Shown piece after piece: positions 17,934 through 26,602 of a stretch of 41,503 bases of DNA. Within the stretch, counting starts at the first letter, position 1; the number at the start of each line of letters is the position of its first letter. The notes under the pieces were generated by a model. That model was given only the letters and a program-made list of their open reading frames with translations, searched no databases and was not told where the DNA came from. Source of the stretch: a virus (Duplodnaviria; Caudoviricetes). The stretch spans positions 1 to 41,503 of IMG/VR virus record IMGVR_UViG_3300034127_000002; one strand, written 5' to 3'. The position numbers and the translations under genes are program-made.

Positions 17934-20153
17934 TTATCGTTTCGTGGCGGCACCTCCACGGTTGTAAATGCCACCGTTCTTGAACGTCTCGTAATCCTGT
18001 TGTTGCTTCATCGCTGCCTCAGTGGCTGCCTTGTCCCGCTTAAGGGTCTCGGTGGCCTGACGTTCCTTGTAGATCGTCTGAAACTGTTCCTTCGAGATGG
18101 TCATGCGCTGGCCATTGAAAGAGTGAATCACGATGTTCCCGTTCGAGGCCGTGATGCTGCGACCGGTCTGGCCCCACACGGAATCCTTAGCGAGGCCCAC
18201 GAGGGTCTCATCGAGAATCTGGCGACCCGCTTCCCACGACTGGGTGTTATCAGGGTCAACCTGAAGGTCTGCCTTTGCGAGCATCCCATGGGCGTCAGTA
18301 GCCTTGCCCCAGCCACGGTCCTCGCTGAAAGAAACGGTGTTCTTCTTGAGGTACTCAGTCACTGCACGGGAGGCAGCAGAAGAGTCACCGGTGAGGCTAC
18401 GGTGCGCGTCATACACAGCACGCCCGATGGTCTCGAACTGGGCCGGTAGGTTGGTCAGCTCAGCGCTCGATGAATCGTTCTTAACGGCTGCCCATTGCTC
18501 ATCTGCAAACTTGCGTTCGTCCTGAGACTGGCCCTTCTTGCCTGCCTCTTGGGCGATCAAGATGTTCGGGTCGAGGTTCATGGAAGACATCAAGTCCAGC
18601 TTGGCCAGAAGACCAGCTTGCTCAGGGTAGAGCTGACTGATGAGGGAAGGGTTCTGTGCGTAGACACGCTGAAGCTCAGTGATGCGCTTGAAGCCTGTGG
18701 CATCACCACGGACCACAGCACCAGCCCACTCATTCGCAGAGTCATCCACGAGGGTCTTGAAGGCAGCCTTGAAGGGACCCTTCTCGTAGTCCGCCTGTAG
18801 CTTGGCGAGCTTCATCTGGTCCTTCTGTTCCTGAGGGATGCCCATGGCGTCGATCATCTGCAACTTCTTGGCTGCATAGGTCGCCATGTCGCTGTCCTTG
18901 TACTCGCCAGTGTTGGCGTCCACAGGGAGGAACTTAGGGTTGACCGAGATGTTCTCACCGGCCTGACGACGCTCATAGGCTTGGTCGATAACCATCAGGC
19001 GGTTGTCCGCTTGGGCTCTCGTTTCCAGTTCCTTGTTGGCCACCAGCGACTGACGCTTAACGGCTTCGATCATGGAGGCCTTCGCCTGAATGAGCAACTG
19101 ACGTTGTGGCGTCATCTGGTCACCCTGTTGGACCCAGTTGTTCTCCTGTTCGAGCTTGTTGAGCTTCTGCCAGCCAGCAGCCGGGTCAGCATCAGCGGTC
19201 GCATTTGCGAGGCCCAGCATGAACCCTTCAGTGCGCTTAGCGTTACGAGAGTAGGCCTCGGTGTTCGCCTTGGTGATGAGGTTCTGATAGACCTCGGGAC
19301 CTAAGAGGTTCTCAACGGATTGTTCGCCGCCGAGCACCTTGATCTTCTGTTGGCCGAAGTTCTTCAGGAACTCACCACCACCGTCCTTGGTGATCGCATC
19401 GTTCGCCAGCATGACCATCGAGTCCACTGCCTGCTTGTCCGATGGGAACCCACCGTTCTGCAAGCCTTGGTTGATGTAGTTGCTGACGATGTACGCACCG
19501 TCCTTCGACCCGAGGATCTTAGGGTCAGCCATCATCGGTTGAAGATCGTTGCGAGCCTCCAAGGCCGCTTGGGCCTCAAGGTTCTTCGAGATGTGCTGGT
19601 TCTGGATGTCGTACAGGGCAGCGTTACGCTGAGTGATGTCGGAGTCGAAACCCCGCTTGTAGTTGGTATCGTTCGGATCAATGCCCGAGGACTCAGCGTA
19701 CTTCAGCCGGACATCCTCAAGGCGGGTCTGACGGTACTCCTGCATCTCCTTGGTGGTCTTGAAGTGGCCAGCCTGTACCTTCGTCTGGATCTCCGAGTCC
19801 ACCTCATAGGCAGCGTTACGGCCCGTCTTCTCGCTGAGCTGCATCATGGCCATCGGGTCATCCTTGTACAACAGGGTCCCGTCTTGAGTGGCTGCACGAC
19901 GTTGCTCAGGAGTCATCGACCGGATGATCTCGTTAGAGCGCTCATCGGCTGTCTTACGTTGGTTCGCCTCGTACTGCCCGAAGGCCTCCACGCCGGTTGA
20001 CATGAAGGTCCTCATGGATTCAGCAAGGCCGTTAGACCCTCGTGGTGCTTGGACCTGAGTGGCCCCAATGGAGGCTACACGGCCCTTGGCCTGATAACCC
20101 ACATCACCTTGTTGCTGGATACTGCCGAGCGCTTGCCCGATTGCTGATGCCAT
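17934..20153 (-). CDS. gp15: Internal virion protein C
   Basis: 739 aa; ADERSNEIIR, GTLLYKDDP; synteny. Confidence 0.93.
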   Translation of the reverse strand: MASAIGQALGSIQQQGDVGYQAKGRVASIGATQVQAPRGSNGLAESMRTFMSTGVEAFGQYEANQRKTADERSNEIIRSMTPEQRRAATQDGTLLYKDDPMAMMQLSEKTGRNAAYEVDSEIQTKVQAGHFKTTKEMQEYRQTRLEDVRLKYAESSGIDPNDTNYKRGFDSDITQRNAALYDIQNQHISKNLEAQAALEARNDLQPMMADPKILGSKDGAYIVSNYINQGLQNGGFPSDKQAVDSMVMLANDAITKDGGGEFLKNFGQQKIKVLGGEQSVENLLGPEVYQNLITKANTEAYSRNAKRTEGFMLGLANATADADPAAGWQKLNKLEQENNWVQQGDQMTPQRQLLIQAKASMIEAVKRQSLVANKELETRAQADNRLMVIDQAYERRQAGENISVNPKFLPVDANTGEYKDSDMATYAAKKLQMIDAMGIPQEQKDQMKLAKLQADYEKGPFKAAFKTLVDDSANEWAGAVVRGDATGFKRITELQRVYAQNPSLISQLYPEQAGLLAKLDLMSSMNLDPNILIAQEAGKKGQSQDERKFADEQWAAVKNDSSSAELTNLPAQFETIGRAVYDAHRSLTGDSSAASRAVTEYLKKNTVSFSEDRGWGKATDAHGMLAKADLQVDPDNTQSWEAGRQILDETLVGLAKDSVWGQTGRSITASNGNIVIHSFNGQRMTISKEQFQTIYKERQATETLKRDKAATEAAMKQQQDYETFKNGGIYNRGGAATKR

Positions 20154-20716
20154 TATGCTGTCCCCTTAGTGGGCGCCTTGGAGTTCTTCATGGAAGAGGC
20201 CATAGAGGACCCTGCCGCGTAGCCACCGACGCCTGCCGATACGATGTTGAGAGCGTCCGCGACCTTCGACCCACGAACTGCCGAGACGGAGCCTCGAAGA
20301 TTCGCCTTGGTCTGGTCCACGTTGGCCACACGGTTCTGAAAGATGGTCGCGTAGTCACGATCATAGTTGTCCAAGATCGCCACCTTGTTGGCCGAGGATT
20401 CATTCTCCACAGCGTTCTGTAGGCGGTCCATGGTGTTCCCTTCCAGACCAGACTCACCGATGGCCGCTCTGATGGTCCCGCGATTACGCAAGGCGGTCAG
20501 GTTGGTTTCAGTGAGCTGTGCCCGAGCCTCATCGTTCTTATCGACGGTCTCCAGCTTCATGTCGTTATCAGCGCGGTTCATGGCGATAACCTGTTCGCGC
20601 ATCCCTAAGCGTCGTGCATCTTCAGCAGCACCCTCAGCTTTAGCTTTGCCTGAGGCGCTCATTGCTGCACCCGCTACGGCTACAACAGCCATGCCAATGG
20701 AAACTGGTTCGCACAT
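20153..20716 (-). CDS. gp14: Internal virion protein B (start MCEPVS)
   Basis: AAGGAG RBS before 20716; IRAAIGESGLEG motif. Confidence 0.9.
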   Translation of the reverse strand: MCEPVSIGMAVVAVAGAAMSASGKAKAEGAAEDARRLGMREQVIAMNRADNDMKLETVDKNDEARAQLTETNLTALRNRGTIRAAIGESGLEGNTMDRLQNAVENESSANKVAILDNYDRDYATIFQNRVANVDQTKANLRGSVSAVRGSKVADALNIVSAGVGGYAAGSSMASSMKNSKAPTKGTA

Positions 20717-20726
20717 AGCGATCTCC

Positions 20727-21164
20727 TTATAGCCAGAATTGACGGAATGGATGGCCAGCCGGACTGTACTCTTGGTAGAACCCGTAGGTTGCTCCAAGGG
20801 CGTCCAGCAGCCTCCTGTGTGTGTCGTTGTGCTCGTACACGAAGTTGGTCATCTGTTCCTTGACCATCCACGTCCTGCACCACTCAAGGTGCCCTTTGAG
20901 GATCTTCAGCATCTCGACCCGTTCCCGCTTCGTCAGCTCATCGACCCAAGTGGTCGTCACGAACCACAGGCAGCCATTAGAGCCACCCGTAGCGAGGACG
21001 TTACCGTTGTGAATGATGGACCGACTGGTCTCATCGAGAGACCTTGCGAGGACTGTGGGGAGCGAACGACCTTCGATGTTGCGATTGAATTCGATCAAGT
21101 CATTCGCCGAGATGAATCGTGCGGCTTCCTCAATCATTTCCTTAGTGGTTGCCACAAGAATCAT
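20727..21164 (-). CDS. gp13: Internal virion protein A / assembly protein
   Basis: Synteny after the phi13-like promoter; NFVYEHN.TH.RLL..LGA motif. Confidence 0.88.
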   Translation of the reverse strand: MILVATTKEMIEEAARFISANDLIEFNRNIEGRSLPTVLARSLDETSRSIIHNGNVLATGGSNGCLWFVTTTWVDELTKRERVEMLKILKGHLEWCRTWMVKEQMTNFVYEHNDTHRRLLDALGATYGFYQEYSPAGHPFRQFWL

Positions 21165-21182
21165 ACGGTTAATCTCCTTGAA

Positions 21183-21205
21183 TCCGGTATATGTGAGGGG
21201 TTTTA
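21183..21205 (-). promoter_or_regulatory. Phage promoter (phi13 analogue)
   Basis: TAAAACCCCTCACATATACCGGA; TAA is the gp12 stop. Confidence 0.85.
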
Positions 21206-23593
21206 GATCCCGCTGGAACGACGCAGATAGTTGCCCTCGAAGCCTCCACCGATGACGTTCAGTGGGTTGGGTGTCGAAGAGAAAATGCTCACACGTTGCT
21301 TCATGGCGTTGCCTGTCACCGGGAACTTGAACTGACCAGTGCCCAGCGAGAACTCACCAAGTCGCAGGTCGTTACCCAAGCGGCCACCGGACATCGTGTA
21401 GACGAACTCAGTCGAGGACCCGTTGTTCACGTTGATCTCGAACGCACCGGACTTCTCGTAGTTCAACCACGCACGACGAAGCTGGAGACGCCCGATGTCC
21501 TCGGTCGCAGTGGTCCCATCATCAGCGGTCTGCTTGATGAGGAACTTCGAGAACTCGTATTGGAACGTGTACTGACGGCCCACGATGAACCATTGCCCAC
21601 GACGGTCACCAGTCAGGTACAGGTACGGGTCGGAAGCCCAGCCAGCAACAGGCGCTGTGTGCTCCTCAATGACCCCTTGGGTGTCCACGGTGTAGACCGA
21701 AGTGGAGTTATGAGGCAGGCCCCCCCAGATAGCCGTAATGGACATAGAGGACCGGTTGAGGTCTTCGTTATAGACGCTACACAGTACCTCGACCTTGCCG
21801 TCCATGTAGGTCCGATAGGGTTCCCGAACGAAGTCCTTGGTGAACGCGGTGAACTCGATGCGCTCCATTACGATCCCTTCAGAGCGGTCAACCATGAGGT
21901 ACATGTAGGACCCGATAGAGGCACACGCAAGGATGCGATTGACCACACCGAACTCCCAGTACGACCACGCCTGTTGCACGATCTTCTCGTCGATGAACAG
22001 GAACTTGTAGATGTAGACCTTCTGTTGGTCACCGGCTGACAGGATCGTCACGTAGTTTTCAGTGCCAGAGCCATGCAGGTTGAACACACCGTTCTCGATG
22101 TAGCTTGGAACGTGTGCCGATACATCCTCAGCGTTCTTCACGTCAGATACGTCCTGCACGGCGTAGTACCGTTTGAGGCTCGTATAGGCCGCACGAGGAG
22201 CCGAGAAGTACACACCACGGCCAATGCCATAGGGTCTCGCTGAGTCCTGCACGTCGAACTCCGTGGTCAGGTTCAGTTCCACCGTCTTGGGACTCAAGAT
22301 CCCTTGGGAGGCCATAACGAACTGAGCTTGGTCAGACCACAGCAGCAACTGTTCAGAGAACGGAACGGCGTACTTCAGGATCGACACACGGTTGTGGGAG
22401 ACCGCCACGTCAATCGGGTCGTCATCACTCAGGGTCGCCACGCTTGGCGGGAAGAAGTTGAAGTACCGAGAGGTGCGGGACAGGATGACGTTCTCGCCGG
22501 ACAGGAAGCCCAAGCGGTTCCGAAAGAAGAACACGTCATTGATCGTGCCGTCCACGAAGGAAGGCAGAGGGTTGGTGTTGTCATCCCCAGCGTGACGGAC
22601 TTCCCAGTTGGGCATAACCCAGTCGAAGTTGCCATCGGCTGCACGGACCAGAGCACGAGGCATGGTCGCGTGATTCATCCCACGGTCGATACCCGGCTTC
22701 TCAATCTCACGCCAGACCTTCGCAGAGCCATCGAAGCGAGACCAGTAGTTGTCACCCGAGCGGGTAGCCTCACCGGTGATCTCCACGATGTAGCCATCCG
22801 GTGCCTGTGCTGGCAACTTGTTGAACGACTGGACCTGAGCAATGAAGCCATTGATTAGCTGGTCAGCATAACCGTCAGCCGTCTTGATGGTCGTGATGCC
22901 AGTGGTCCGGCTCACTTGAATCCAGCCCTGACCGGCCACCGCCGAGATCCCATAAGGTGCCCCGTTGGTGTTGATCTGGCCAGCGAGAACCACGGCGATA
23001 CTTTGGGCGTCCATTGCGGAGACCATAGCGGGCAGCTCAGCGTTCGTCCCAACCCCTGAAGGCAGCGCGTAGTTCGCCACCAGCAGTCCGTCGATGATGA
23101 CCTGAAGGGTCCGACCGTATTGGCCACCACGAACCGCAATGAGTCCTCGAAGGTTGAGTGGACCGTAACCTGCCCATGCACCCACCCCAGAGGCCCGTAC
23201 AACGGTTCTACGGTTCACAACGAACGTGTAGTCGGCCACGGTAATCAAACGCAACTCAGTGCGCGGTGAGGCCGTATTGGCGTACCCGTCGTAGCCACGG
23301 ACAAGGTAGTTGTTCCCCTTCAGGTCATAGATGGCAATGCCTGAGCCGGTCATCACCATGTAATACTGTTCGGTCGCATCTCGGTTTACCAAGTGGACCA
23401 AAGGGGCAGCCCCAAAGGCGCCCGGTGTGGAGAGTCGTTTGATGAACGTGGACGGTGGCCGCTTCTGGAGACCTTGGGACTCCGAAGACCAGCCATTAAC
23501 CTGTTCCTGTCCTTGGTTGGGGAACCGAAGGATGTCCGGCTGTTGCGAGATGCCCCCTTTAAGGTTCTTGATGCTTTGTGATACGAGACCCAT
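21203..23593 (-). CDS. gp12: Tail tubular protein B (nozzle); start MGLVSQ
   Basis: SQSIKNLKGGISQQPDILRF, FFRNRLGFLSGENVILSR; AAGGAGG RBS. Confidence 0.96.
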   Translation of the reverse strand: MGLVSQSIKNLKGGISQQPDILRFPNQGQEQVNGWSSESQGLQKRPPSTFIKRLSTPGAFGAAPLVHLVNRDATEQYYMVMTGSGIAIYDLKGNNYLVRGYDGYANTASPRTELRLITVADYTFVVNRRTVVRASGVGAWAGYGPLNLRGLIAVRGGQYGRTLQVIIDGLLVANYALPSGVGTNAELPAMVSAMDAQSIAVVLAGQINTNGAPYGISAVAGQGWIQVSRTTGITTIKTADGYADQLINGFIAQVQSFNKLPAQAPDGYIVEITGEATRSGDNYWSRFDGSAKVWREIEKPGIDRGMNHATMPRALVRAADGNFDWVMPNWEVRHAGDDNTNPLPSFVDGTINDVFFFRNRLGFLSGENVILSRTSRYFNFFPPSVATLSDDDPIDVAVSHNRVSILKYAVPFSEQLLLWSDQAQFVMASQGILSPKTVELNLTTEFDVQDSARPYGIGRGVYFSAPRAAYTSLKRYYAVQDVSDVKNAEDVSAHVPSYIENGVFNLHGSGTENYVTILSAGDQQKVYIYKFLFIDEKIVQQAWSYWEFGVVNRILACASIGSYMYLMVDRSEGIVMERIEFTAFTKDFVREPYRTYMDGKVEVLCSVYNEDLNRSSMSITAIWGGLPHNSTSVYTVDTQGVIEEHTAPVAGWASDPYLYLTGDRRGQWFIVGRQYTFQYEFSKFLIKQTADDGTTATEDIGRLQLRRAWLNYEKSGAFEINVNNGSSTEFVYTMSGGRLGNDLRLGEFSLGTGQFKFPVTGNAMKQRVSIFSSTPNPLNVIGGGFEGNYLRRSSGI

Positions 23594-23603
23594 GGAGCCC
23601 TCC

Positions 23604-24188
23604 TTAGCGGGTGAGTTGTTGAACGAATACGTCGCCGTCCAGCATGTTGAATTCTCCGAAGTCCATTTCATATTCCATGCAGGAACGGTAAGCCTCATCG
23701 ACCTCCACCTGAAGGGCAGCTTCGATCTCACCAGCACCGAAGAACCGCATGTTGAACTTCTGGCTGGCCTTGGCCACGATCCACGCACGGAAGCACTCAG
23801 GCATCTCCGAGTAGTCCTTGAGGCGGATCATGTCCACCTGAATGGGGTCCGCGAAGACATCGGTGTTGTTGGTCCGGTCAAAGACGTAATCCCCACGCTT
23901 CACGTAAGGGGTCCCACCAGAGACCGTAATGCGCAGATAGTCAGAGCTGTACGGGATGAACCCAGAGAACGCATCGGGGGTCAGTAGGGCACCCTCTTCG
24001 ATGTTGAAGGTCCACCCCTTGGATTGAACTTCACGGTTGACGTTGTTCAGGATTCGCCGACAGTTCGCCACGTCCGCGTTAGAGTCCCCTTCAAGGGAAC
24101 TTACGGGGCTCTCACCGATGGCTGCCAGCATGTCGTTAATGGCCGAGAGTTCCTCAGGGGACTCAAGGGTTGCCTCAACTGAGCGCAT
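23604..24188 (-). CDS. gp11: Tail tubular protein A (adaptor)
   Basis: [33 protein letters not shown]. Confidence 0.96.
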   Translation of the reverse strand: MRSVEATLESPEELSAINDMLAAIGESPVSSLEGDSNADVANCRRILNNVNREVQSKGWTFNIEEGALLTPDAFSGFIPYSSDYLRITVSGGTPYVKRGDYVFDRTNNTDVFADPIQVDMIRLKDYSEMPECFRAWIVAKASQKFNMRFFGAGEIEAALQVEVDEAYRSCMEYEMDFGEFNMLDGDVFVQQLTR

Positions 24189-24210
24189 GAAACCTCCTTG
24201 TTTGGTTACG

Positions 24211-24256
24211 AAAAAAAAACCCTCCAGATTCCCTTAAGGGAGCCCAGAGGGTTTTT
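24211..24256 (-). terminator. T-phi-like intrinsic terminator
   Basis: AAACCCTC...CCC-TTAA-GGG...GAGGGTTT hairpin followed by a T9 run, after the capsid/Ig ORF. Confidence 0.9.
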
Positions 24257-24259
24257 GGT

Positions 24260-24526
24260 TTAGCTCACAGTCAGGTTGCAAGTAGCCGTGAAGTTTCCAT
24301 CGACGGTTGTGCAAGTGATGACGGTGGTGCCTGCTTTGATGCCTGTTGCTACACCAGTGCTGGATACTGAGGCCACGGTCGGATCGCTGGAGACCCAAGT
24401 GACGGACTTATCGGTCGCATCAGTTGGGGAAACGGTCTGAACGATGTTACGAGTTGAGCCAACGGCCACTGTCGAGTTCATCGGTGAGACGGTCACCCCA
24501 GTTACTGCGACTGTGCTCAGCCCTTT
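24260..24526 (-). CDS. gp10B: Ig-like (Big_2) C-terminal extension of a minor capsid protein made by -1 frameshift (10B analogue)
   Basis: -1 frame reads KGLSTVAVTGVTVSP...TDKSVTWVSSDPTVASVSSTGVATGIKAGTTVIT; slippery A AAG GGC at 24526-24520. Confidence 0.8.
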   Translation of the reverse strand, partial: KGLSTVAVTGVTVSPMNSTVAVGSTRNIVQTVSPTDATDKSVTWVSSDPTVASVSSTGVATGIKAGTTVITCTTVDGNFTATCNLTVS

Positions 24527-25542
24527 GTAACCACCAATGCACCAGCAGCTTCAGGACGCAGACCGCCGTGACCCATCGCGTACTTGCCGATGATTTGGTC
24601 AGCTTGGAAGTTGGCACGACGGGCACGTTCCAGAGCCATGTCACGCAGCTTGACGGTGCCGACAGCCGAACGGTGGTTGAACAGGCCAACCAAGTTATCA
24701 ACAGCAACACGAACGTCACCCACACCGGACACAGCCGGGAAGGCGTGCTTACGGTTGGTGCCAGCGAGGTCATCACCCGAACCACCGACCACGAGGTGTG
24801 GCACTTCGATGATGGTGAAGCCCATTACGTTGCGGATGTTGCCGGTTTCCGGGTCGATCAGAGCAGCGTAGTTTGCAGCGTTCGGCATCAGAGCCGAGAG
24901 GATGGCGCTGTAGTCTTCCGGGGCGCAATAGAAGAAACGGTCGCTGGCAGGAACATAGTTCTTGGTCAGGTCCGCACGGGCCAGAGTGAGGCCTTTCAGG
25001 ATTGCTTTACCACGGAGTTCTGGATCAGTCAGAGCCGAGGCCAGACCGATGGTGCGGACCGAGGCCTTGCCCAGACCGGCGATGTTCTCGTCCGATGCAG
25101 CAGGCAGGTTGCACAGCTTGGCCATTTCAGACAGTACGGCACCGTCAGCGGAGATCGCCAGAGCTTCACCCAACTGAGCCGAGTATTCGCTCGACACGTC
25201 GTAGTGGTTCATTGCGTCTTCGATGTCGAAGATCAGTACATCAGAGGTCAACAGACCGTCGATGGTGATGACTTTTTCGGTGTGCTTGATCTCGCCACGC
25301 TTGTCATCGAGGTTCTCACCCGGTGCCAAGTAGTAACCAGCAGTACGACCCATGACCGGGAACGAAGCAGACTTGCCGCTTTGAATGGTACGGACCATGT
25401 GTTTGTCCATGGTGACGGAACGACGCTTGAATGCAGTCAGAACCTCGCCACCGAAGACCTTCAGGAACAGGGCCAGTTTATCGGAGTTCGATACGCCTTT
25501 ACCGTTGTCTTTACCGACGTTTTGCCCAGTAGTACCAGCCAT
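24517..25542 (-). CDS. gp10A: Major capsid protein
   Basis: DKLALFLKVFGGEVLTAF, SGKSASFPVMGR, YAMGHGGLRPEAAG. Confidence 0.98.
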   Translation of the reverse strand: MAGTTGQNVGKDNGKGVSNSDKLALFLKVFGGEVLTAFKRRSVTMDKHMVRTIQSGKSASFPVMGRTAGYYLAPGENLDDKRGEIKHTEKVITIDGLLTSDVLIFDIEDAMNHYDVSSEYSAQLGEALAISADGAVLSEMAKLCNLPAASDENIAGLGKASVRTIGLASALTDPELRGKAILKGLTLARADLTKNYVPASDRFFYCAPEDYSAILSALMPNAANYAALIDPETGNIRNVMGFTIIEVPHLVVGGSGDDLAGTNRKHAFPAVSGVGDVRVAVDNLVGLFNHRSAVGTVKLRDMALERARRANFQADQIIGKYAMGHGGLRPEAAGALVVTKG

Positions 25543-25611
25543 TGATTACTCTCCTTGTATTGAATTTTAGGCACAGAGAAACCCTGAACCCTTCATGGGC
25601 TCATGTGGTCT

Positions 25612-25634
25612 CTCGGTGTATGTGAGGGTTTTTA
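25612..25634 (-). promoter_or_regulatory. Phage promoter (phi10 analogue) followed by a 5' leader hairpin
   Basis: TAAAAACCCTCACATACACCGAG; then GAGAGACC..TGAGCCC-ATGAA-GGGTTCA..GGTTTCTC. Confidence 0.92.
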
Positions 25635-25644
25635 AATCAGGGTG

Positions 25645-26544
25645 TTACATCAAGGCCACTTTGGCCCGAACGCTGTCGCGGTACTTCGGATCGGTCTGAT
25701 AACGACGGTCAGACATTGCTGCCACCATCTCGTCAGCCGACTTGTACTTCTCCACGGTCGGAGCTTGGGCACGTACAGCGCCACTTGCCGGGGCCTTAGC
25801 GGCCACGTTACGGGCTGGGGGTTTACCCAACTTCGCTTGACGACCCGAGGTGGCCAAGTTGATGGTCGATTTGATCGCCTTCAGGTCTTGACGCTCGATG
25901 GCCTCATAGAGGGTGTCCAACGAGTCCGGGTTGGTTGCCTTGATGTGTGCCACAATGGCGTTGAACTTTGCTTCACCACCAGCGTACTGCACGATCTTGG
26001 CAACGTAAGTTTCTGCAAGGGCTTCCTGCCCCTGAATGAAGCTATCAACGAAACCTTTCGAGTAACCAGCCTTGGCCAGTTGCTCATACGAGTCCTTCGA
26101 GAGTTCGTTGTCGTTCTCGTACTCCTGTTCGATACGCTCAGCCACGTCCTGTGGCAGACCATCAGTCACAGCCTTGGCGCGCATCTCTGCGAAACCATTG
26201 CTGTACTCGCCGATCTGGGTAACAGCAGCTACCAGTTCAGCGTCGGGTTCAGGCAGAACCTCGAACTCACCTTCGATTGCCGCTGGCTCGTTCTCGTCGG
26301 TTTCATCACCGACCTCCAGTTGCTCGTCATCGTCGGTGCCTTCGGTGTTAATCTTGATCTCGAAACGACCCTCTTCGTCTTCCTCTTGGGAGACCTGAGT
26401 GTCATTGCCGACCAGCTCGATGGAGTCATCACCATCACGGGCCGCTACGTCCATCGCCAACATTGCCTGACGGTGATCGTCGATACTGTCGCCAGTGATT
26501 ACCGCATTGTGGACGCCAAACTGAGCATAAGGGGATTCAGACAT
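25645..26544 (-). CDS. gp9: Capsid scaffolding protein
   Basis: Acidic; YAQFGV, MDVAARDGDDSIE, AMSDRRY..DPKYR. Confidence 0.95.
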   Translation of the reverse strand: MSESPYAQFGVHNAVITGDSIDDHRQAMLAMDVAARDGDDSIELVGNDTQVSQEEDEEGRFEIKINTEGTDDDEQLEVGDETDENEPAAIEGEFEVLPEPDAELVAAVTQIGEYSNGFAEMRAKAVTDGLPQDVAERIEQEYENDNELSKDSYEQLAKAGYSKGFVDSFIQGQEALAETYVAKIVQYAGGEAKFNAIVAHIKATNPDSLDTLYEAIERQDLKAIKSTINLATSGRQAKLGKPPARNVAAKAPASGAVRAQAPTVEKYKSADEMVAAMSDRRYQTDPKYRDSVRAKVALM

Positions 26545-26578
26545 TAAGGTCTCCTAAAGGGTTCTTGAGAGGTTGTCT

Positions 26579-26601
26579 CTCGGTGTATGTGAGGGTTTTT
26601 A
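26579..26601 (-). promoter_or_regulatory. Phage promoter (phi9 analogue)
   Basis: Exact consensus copy. Confidence 0.92.
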
Positions 26602-26602
26602 A

